Positions 56,807 through 64,000 of a DNA stretch of 64,000 bases are shown here, in pieces (position 1 is the first letter of the stretch; each line of letters opens with the position of its first letter). The notes under the pieces are model-generated. The model saw nothing but the letters and a program-made list of their open reading frames with translations. It was not told the origin of the DNA and did no database searches. Location of the stretch: contig NEEC01000002.1 in assembly GCA_002189035.1 (NCBI GenBank), forward strand, positions 6,200,001 to 6,264,000, given 5' to 3'. The stretch comes from Utricularia gibba. Taxonomy: Eukaryota > Plantae > Magnoliophyta. The position numbers and the translations under genes were made by a program.

Positions 56807-57363
56807 ATAAACATTTAGGTGAAAAAAATGTAGAAGAAGACGAGAAGCAAGTAGTGGATAAGAAATTGGTTGCGGGGGGCGTACGGAAGAAGGTGGCGTG
56901 CGTGATAGCGACATGTCAATGAAATGTACCCCTTAAAAAAATATAATTTATTAAATATATTCCATTATCAAAAAAGTTATTAATATCCTTTTACTATTAT
57001 TTCTAATTTATATTTTTATATATCTTTAAGCATGTATTATTTTCTTTTTTATTAAAATTGTAGATAGAATTTTAAAATCTAAAAAATTTAGATGTAATTA
57101 GTTTGCAATTTCAACAAAAAAATAGGGTTACTCAACCGCATAAATCTCTAAGGTTTTTTAAAATTAACATGATTAATCTTCAATGTTTAATGAAAATTAC
57201 ATAACTAGTCTTCCATTGATATATTTAATCCCCAAATTTCACGTATCTGGAATATTTAGTTGTTAACTTTTGGAGAATCGAGCATATTTAATCCCTAATC
57301 TCTGTTTCCAATGTTTAAATAACATTAATAATTGATTCTCAATATTTTAAAATTGAATATATT

Positions 57364-57848
57364 TGTTGAGGACCAAAAAATGTTGAGGACAAAAATCGGG
57401 TGTTCGAGTGAAGGTCAATTTTCGTGTTATGGATGTGGACAAGTGTGCCGTATCCGATTAAGGCTTTAATATTCCGTGTGGGATGGTTATGTTAACTGGA
57501 AAAGAAAGAAAATCGGGATTTTAACGTGCAAACCATCGGAGAATAGAAAAACTACGGAACTGTCGAAACTTACCGAAAAATATCTTTACTAGATGAAGGT
57601 GGGAGAAAAAATAAGTTGGAGGGCTTAGAGTCGAATCCTCTCCATCGTAATGTTTCTCGCATTTATAGGTGAGATGAACTTGATTGAATTCTGAATCCTG
57701 TAAGTGTCAGCTGTTTTTTGTGCTTGTTATATATACTGCAGTTCTGCTATTGCCGTAATTCAATTACTTTTCAATCTGTCCAAAACGATCGCTTCTGACA
57801 AATCCTAACAGTTATCGATCTGTCGATCTGCACCAAGTTGTTAGAACA
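57364..57848. mobile_element. Possible solo-LTR or retrotransposon remnant
   Basis: TGTT...AACA termini, reverse-strand CCTATAAAT near 57660, more balanced composition than the flanks; no target-site duplication found. Confidence 0.25.
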
Positions 57849-59974
57849 TCTTTTGACTACTTTTCAATAGCCGATTACCCACGTCCTATTTAGACACCAT
57901 CAATATTTGATTCTCATTCTTTAATAATTTGATGAAATTGATAATCATTTTCTCTGACCACCGTCCAACCATCTCCGACCGTTGTTGGCCACCGACGACC
58001 GTTGGCAGCGCCCATGCCACCCACCGCAAGCGCTCCCCGCCGTCACTATCCGTACACCATTTTTTTAATTCTACTTCTATCAAAACTAGTTTTGAAATTA
58101 TATTGAATAAAATTAAAATGAGGTTGCGTTTTACTTTTGAAATATATAGATTTCATTTAAAAAAAACACAAAACTAATAATTTATTATTTTTTTTTTACT
58201 TTTAGACAAACTGATAATATATTTTAAAATTTTTGTATTTAAAAACACATCAGCCAAAGCACATGGACAAGTTGTCCCCCAGACAAATTATTATTTTCTT
58301 GTGTCACGTGCCGCGTTGACCAATATTTCATAAATATAAATATTTTTAAAAATAGTTTCGAAATTTCAAATTTGGGGTAGATATTTTTTTATGGGTTGGA
58401 TTTCGGGCCGGATCTTATCCAAATTGTAAAGCCTGCTAGAGGCCCATTAGGGCATTAATGCCAGGGATCGGCTGAAATGGAGCATCGGAGTGTCCGTTAC
58501 TACTGAAGCTTGTGGCGTCGTTATCGGATGTCTGTTTGAGTTTTGTTTGCCGGAATGTTGTTAATATTTGAGTGTTTTAGAGCTAACTGGGAGATGGAGA
58601 TTGGGGTCCCGGCGAGATCACAGCCATAGAATTCAGTGATGCCATGTCATGCAGTGTAGTGTGATGTGCAAGTGGGAATGTATTGAATACAGAATATGGA
58701 CAACTACAGCTGGAAGCTGTAAGAGATATGGTTTGATGAAATGGCGGAAGGACAACCAGGTAAAAATGTCGATTCCTACGCGCTTTCGTTACAGCAAAAT
58801 ACAGCTTTTTATTGTTTGTTTTTCCTTTTTTTTTTAAGATTGATCATTAGCTCCGGGAGGGGTCCTTCAGGAATGGGGAGAAATGGAAATGACTGCGTGA
58901 GTGCAAGCTAAAAATGCTTTCAAGAAATCTTGGGGAGCACCAGAAAAAGTAAGGTGAATGAGGATATGAAGTAATATGGGATTAAGAAAGAACATTTTTT
59001 ATAATAGTTTAAGATGTAGCCACCGTTTTAGTTCATTATATCATCAAACTGGGAAGGTAAAAAAAAAGTTTAGAATATTGCTTTATTGATGAGCTTTGAT
59101 TCAGCGACATTTTATGTGAGTTCCCAGCTGGTGAATTCGCTTTTTTTCCTCTTGTGGAGCATATGATGCTGTTCTGGGTACTGTGAGTTCCAGCCCTTCT
59201 ATAGCTGTACTCACTCTATGGGACTGTGCTCATATTCTGCTTGTTAAACTCCCACTTCCTTTTCTTCACAATTTCAACATAGCTTCTGTCATCTAATTTA
59301 CAAAAAATGGGTGAAAACTGTAAAACAACATTTTCCCTTGGATTGTTGTCAGCTGTTTTAGTTTGTAGTTAAGGTGTTAAACCTGCAACTGAGGAATTGC
59401 TAGTCCCATGGAATCTCAGAGCTGGTTTCACACATGAAATAATCATTCTGGGGGAGTCTTATTTTTATTAGGATGTGAGCTAGTGTGACACAAGGGATAA
59501 ACACTTAGGAAAAGAAAGGTAGTCTAATTTCCTTTCATCGCATGTTTTGATACACAACACTCAGGAAATTTTACACTGTTTTCTTCTTATCAACTTTGAA
59601 TGCTAAGATTTCAAAGTGTTTCTTGTCCATTCATAAGGAACTTTTTCCCACCGACTATGAAAGATCCTCGAGTTTATTTCAAAAGATGATATGGTTAGCT
59701 GTCTGGCATTGTGTTCTTTTTTAATGCCTGGTACACTGGATTCAACCTTTATCTATGTGGCTCGAGGATGCTGCATTAATGGTTTTTCTTTTGCCTTCTT
59801 AGCAACTTCTTTCCCAGTACTATAAAGTTATCTGCAGCACTTTGTCCTTCTCTAGTTCTGCAACTGGTCAAGGGGATCCTTGCCTTCTAGTTATCTGTGT
59901 ATCTATCTTCTGTTGAACAAAGCTTGAGGGTAGAATTTTGAAGTTGCAGGATTCTGAACTCTTGCTTTTTCATA

Positions 59975-61700
59975 ATGGATTGTGAAAAGATTGAATATGG
60001 TGAATTATTTCAGCAAGTTTCTGCAGTTAATTGTAGAGATGGCAGCAACAATCCTGCAAACATGTCAAATGGAGTTGAACCTTTCAACAGTTCTGTCTGG
60101 GCTTCAGTGGTTTCCTCCAACCAAGATGGAGATTTTCTTGGCAGAATTTTGTCAGTTGGTTACAATCATCAGTCTGCTAATCACAGTTTTCCTCGCGTGT
60201 CAAAAAACCAGAAAATTTCATGCCCTAGTGGTGATGGTTTCTCAGATATGATCCCTGCATTTGACCAGAACTCGGTCTTTCAGAAAATGTTATCCAAGAA
60301 TCCAGGAACAAATGCTTGTCAAGTATCAGAAAATGGAGCCTATAGGAGTTTACCAAGTACAAGGGGCAAACGAAAGGTATCACCTCATTACAGCCTTTCT
60401 ATGTTCATTTCTTTCAATCTTGTTAAGCTTTAAGCTGATTGCTGACAGGCTACTGAAGAGGATCAACGAAGGGGTTCATCAATGGAGGCCATCAATGACG
60501 AGGAAAAGTTCTCAGGACCGACTTCTCAAGGTAAACAAACAAGGGAAAATAAGTCGGTTGGAGAAAAGGCTAAAGAAAAATATGTTCATATGAGAGCAAA
60601 AAGAGGTCAGGCAACCAGCAGCCACAGCCTTGCTGAAAGAGTAAATTACTAAATTCCCCTTACCCATATGCTGAATGGAATAACAAAAACAAAGATCTTG
60701 ATGGAAAACTAAGTTTACAGGTTAGGAGAGAGAGGATCAGTGAAAGAATGAAAATGCTGCAAGATCTTGTTCCTGGATGTAATAGGGTAATGAGAGTTTT
60801 AAACATTCTCAGAATTTTGGTTTTTCCCAGTGATTGTGTATTCAGTTTTTTGTTTGTCTGTACATTTCAAGATTACTGGCAAAGCTGTGATGCTTGATGA
60901 GATTATCAACTACGTACAATCACTGCAGCGGCAAGTTGAGGCAAGTTTTTCTCATCTCGCTTACAAGTCCCTCAATCTTCACATGATATCTCAATCATGG
61001 AAGTAGCGGAGAGAAGTGAGTTCACTATTTTGATGCAGTTCCTGTCCATGAAGCTGGATACAGCGAATTCTGAGCTTAACATGGATTTAGATTTGGCACG
61101 AACTTTGCCCAATGAAGTATGTATGATCTACTTTACATACTTTTATGAAAATATGAGTTCTGATCAAGTTCTCCCTATATAGAATCTTCACCCACGAGAC
61201 AATGACACCGCCGTTCCTGGACTCCACCGGGAATTAAGTCTTCCTCAAACATTCCAGGGAACTACATTTTTTACATTGAATGGTTTCAGTGGTGCAAATC
61301 CACAGTTTCATGGATTAGAACCGGTAACGTTGTCTTTTCAACCTTGTGTAATACGTCTTTTTATTTTTTCTGGAGCTCTGACGTAATGCTACCTCTGTTC
61401 AGAGCTTATGGAACCATCAACTCGAAAATATCCGCAGGACAACAAGACGTGATTCTAATCAATCTGTCAACATTTTGACACCAAATGGTGATGTCTTAAC
61501 TTTTGCACTCTACAATAATTTCTCCAGATGCTTACAAATTCTTAATGCTTTACAGGGCCTTTATGAAAGGTACCCCATAGTTACTGTTCTTATTGAAAGG
61601 TCAAGAACGTGTAGACCAAAGACTAGCATTGAACCAGAGGTATTATCAATTTCTAGTGTTACTTTCGATCCAACTCCTATTCTTCTAGATTTTGTCTGAA
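59975..61700 (+). CDS. bHLH74: bHLH transcription factor of the CIB/BEE subfamily, bHLH74-like; final exon and stop uncertain
   Basis: [74 protein letters not shown]; coding exons start at 59975, 60449, 60721, 60872, 61039, 61183 and 61403. Confidence 0.9.
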
Positions 61701-62265
61701 GCAAATGGCTACTTGCTGAGGGTTTATCACAGTTGACTATTTCCCCCGTCTTAAAGAAGGGGGGACACCGCTCACATTCAATGTACTGATTGCAACCTGT
61801 AACTAAGATCTTGTTTTTTTCTCATCCGCTGTGAAATGTTCGCTTTCCAGGTTTTTTTTTTTTTTTTTTTAAACTGAGCATGTGCTACACTGAAATATGT
61901 GTTTCAACATCGTTAGCTGGCCATGATGTGCTCCAGAGCTTCAGATATGAAAAATAATTTAGAGACTGAAGTTGAGGGAAACAACACATGTGTTTTGTAT
62001 CTTACAAAGGAATAACCCAACAAAAGAAAGAATCTCAATGAGCAAGAAAAACTACCAGATGAGAAAGATCTTTGTGGCATGGCAGCCACACAATGAATGA
62101 TGCTGATGATTGCTGTTCATGTCTCCATCATCTGCAAACATCTTGGCCGCCAAAAAGCCAGAAATCCTGCATATCTCTGACCAGCCAACAATTGACTTCA
62201 CCTTCAGTGTTCTCAGAGGAGCCTTTGTTCCATAGGAAGGAGATTACAACTAGCTGATACATATA

Positions 62266-64000
62266 TTACACGACTTGTTCGCCAATCAAGTCGAATCCTA
62301 CGAGCAAGAACGATATCCCTTGAAAGAGCAGAAAGTAGAAGTGAACCCCTTGAGCAGACATCAGACTTCTTATGGCAGCTGTGAGGAGGAGGAAAGCTAA
62401 TGCCAGCTCTTTTGTGTAAATCCTGTTGTGCTTCTTCTTGGAAGCTTTGTGAACTTTCTGGGCAATCTCCTCCTTCAGTTCCTCCAGATTTGGCTCCGAA
62501 GTACCTCTTTGTGGGGCACAGTTTTCTCAACCAAGGAAGCAAGGTCGCCTTCGGAAGAGCGCCCTGTTTTTTTGGTGACCACCCATTCGTAGGCACTTCC
62601 AAGTTGGAAAAGACCAGAGATCATGGCATTGAACTTGGTAACCGACATAGTGTTCTCAAACAGAAGATACGGGACAATGAAAGGAAATGATTTGGGGGCT
62701 GGGAGGATATTCAGAAACGACATAGTTGCCGGAATGTAGCAAACCACCCACGATGGTAGGGACGCCTCTGGAATGAACATAGTCATGGGAAGAATGATGC
62801 AGAAAAGGGTGAATGAGTAGAAGGGAAGGATCAGCTTTCTAAGAAGGAAGAAGAGGAAGATCAGGTTAGCTTTTTTCCACACCTTGATCTGCATTGAAGT
62901 GAACAACAGCTTCAATGAATGATCATCAATTTTCATCTTCCTACACTGCATGCAAAAAAAAAAAGAAGTTATTGTAAAATTACCTTTGCTTTGATGATTG
63001 AGGGCAAGCAGAGACGGAACAACTGCATTGGCCCTGAATGCCATCTGTGTTGCTGCTTTCTGTAGGCTTCGTATGACTCCGGCAGTTCACACTGGCACTA
63101 CAGTTTAAAACAACTGTGTTTTACTGCATTGATAGTGGATGAAAGTGCAATACTGTGGTGGCATACCTCCACATCATTGAGAAAGATGAACTTCCATCCA
63201 TGTAGATGAGCACGGACCGCGATGTCCATGTCCTCGACGGTGGTTCTCTCCAGCCAACCGCCTGATCCTTCCAAAGCCTTAATCCGCCAGACTCCGGCAG
63301 TCCCATTAAATCCAAAAAAGTTGAGGAAAATTCCATTGACTTGCTGCTCAACTTCGAAATGAAAAGCCAGATTGATGAGCTGCAGTCTGGTTAGAAGGTT
63401 CTCATCCTTATTCACAAATGACCATCTTGCTTGGACCAATCCAAGCTCCTCATTGTCCTACAACTCAAAGGCAGCAAACCGCAAATAAAATGATAAGAAT
63501 TTGATCAAAGGCCCATGCTCAATGGCTTCACCATGAGATGATGGTAGTTAAAATTTACCTTAAAGTGAGGAACGGTTCTCTTCAGGAAATCCGGGTTGGG
63601 TTGAAAATCAGCATCAAAAATAGCAACGAACTCGTACTCCTTAACATAGCTACAATTCATAGCAGACTTGAGATTCCCAGCTTTGTAACCCTCCCTTATT
63701 ACTCTGTGTCTGTAAATAATATTTGCCCCATTCTGATGCCAATGGTTCACCTCATCCCGAATCAGCAGCTGCGTTGTTGGGTCATCTGAATCGTCCAAAA
63801 CTTGAATGAGCAATCTATCCTTAGGCCAATCAAGATTACATACAGCTGCAATTGATTGTTGATACACCTGAATTTGTTCAAAAAACCAAGCAGAAACAGC
63901 ATTCAGATCCAATAATCCGGAAGAAACCAGAATGTTCGATTTCAAATGCGATGGATAAGCAGAGAGCAAAAGGAATTGCCACCTCTTTTTCATTGCACAT
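62266..64000 (-). CDS. CSLC: Cellulose synthase-like C xyloglucan glycosyltransferase (CSLC12-like), 3' part only (5' exon outside the window); apparent 1-bp frameshift near 62511
   Basis: [51 protein letters not shown] (D,D,D,QxxRW GT2 motifs), terminal [17 protein letters not shown]...LIGEQVV*. Confidence 0.95.

Noticed and set aside
57100-57320. Repeated ATATTTAATCCC motifs resembling Mutator TIR subrepeats (similar motif near 40565)
   Set aside because: No matching inverted end or 9-bp target-site duplication could be identified
57620-57645. GTCGAATCC resembling a tRNA T-loop within a small hairpin
   Set aside because: Lacks the TTC of the T-loop, and there is no cloverleaf, D-arm or A-box upstream

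Overview
Eukaryotic, gene-dense flowering-plant (probably eudicot) nuclear DNA. I can support 17 intron-containing or single-exon genes in 64 kb, with short introns and AT-rich intergenic gaps. In order: GIR1-like zinc-ribbon protein (5' end may lie outside the window), APR-like thioredoxin protein, RCC1/TCF1-like, class II DAHP synthase, GCR1, COX6B, O-fucosyltransferase (OFUT7-like), His/Lys-rich classical AGP, plant coiled-coil protein, ULP2-type SUMO protease, CTR1/EDR1-like Raf kinase, ERGIC/ERV46-like transporter, CIPK8, PRP40, GRF1-like (with a miR396 site), bHLH74/CIB-like, and the 3' part of a CSLC gene. I found no CRISPR arrays, rRNA, tRNA or intact transposons. The strongest unexplained pattern is a series of apparent single-base frameshifts, mostly in G/C runs, in six otherwise well-conserved genes. 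This most likely reflects long-read assembly error; GCR1, which carries two lesions, is the case most worth testing as a real loss. Other leads: a duplicated 5' splice site in OFUT7, four GC-AG introns, a candidate poison exon in PRP40, a head-to-head GRF1/bHLH74 pair from the miR396 network, a repeated composite W-box/DRE/CCAAT module, and an isolated GC-rich hairpin island. I do not see convincing evidence of a wholly new biological system. Gene names come from my recall of homologous proteins, not from database searches.
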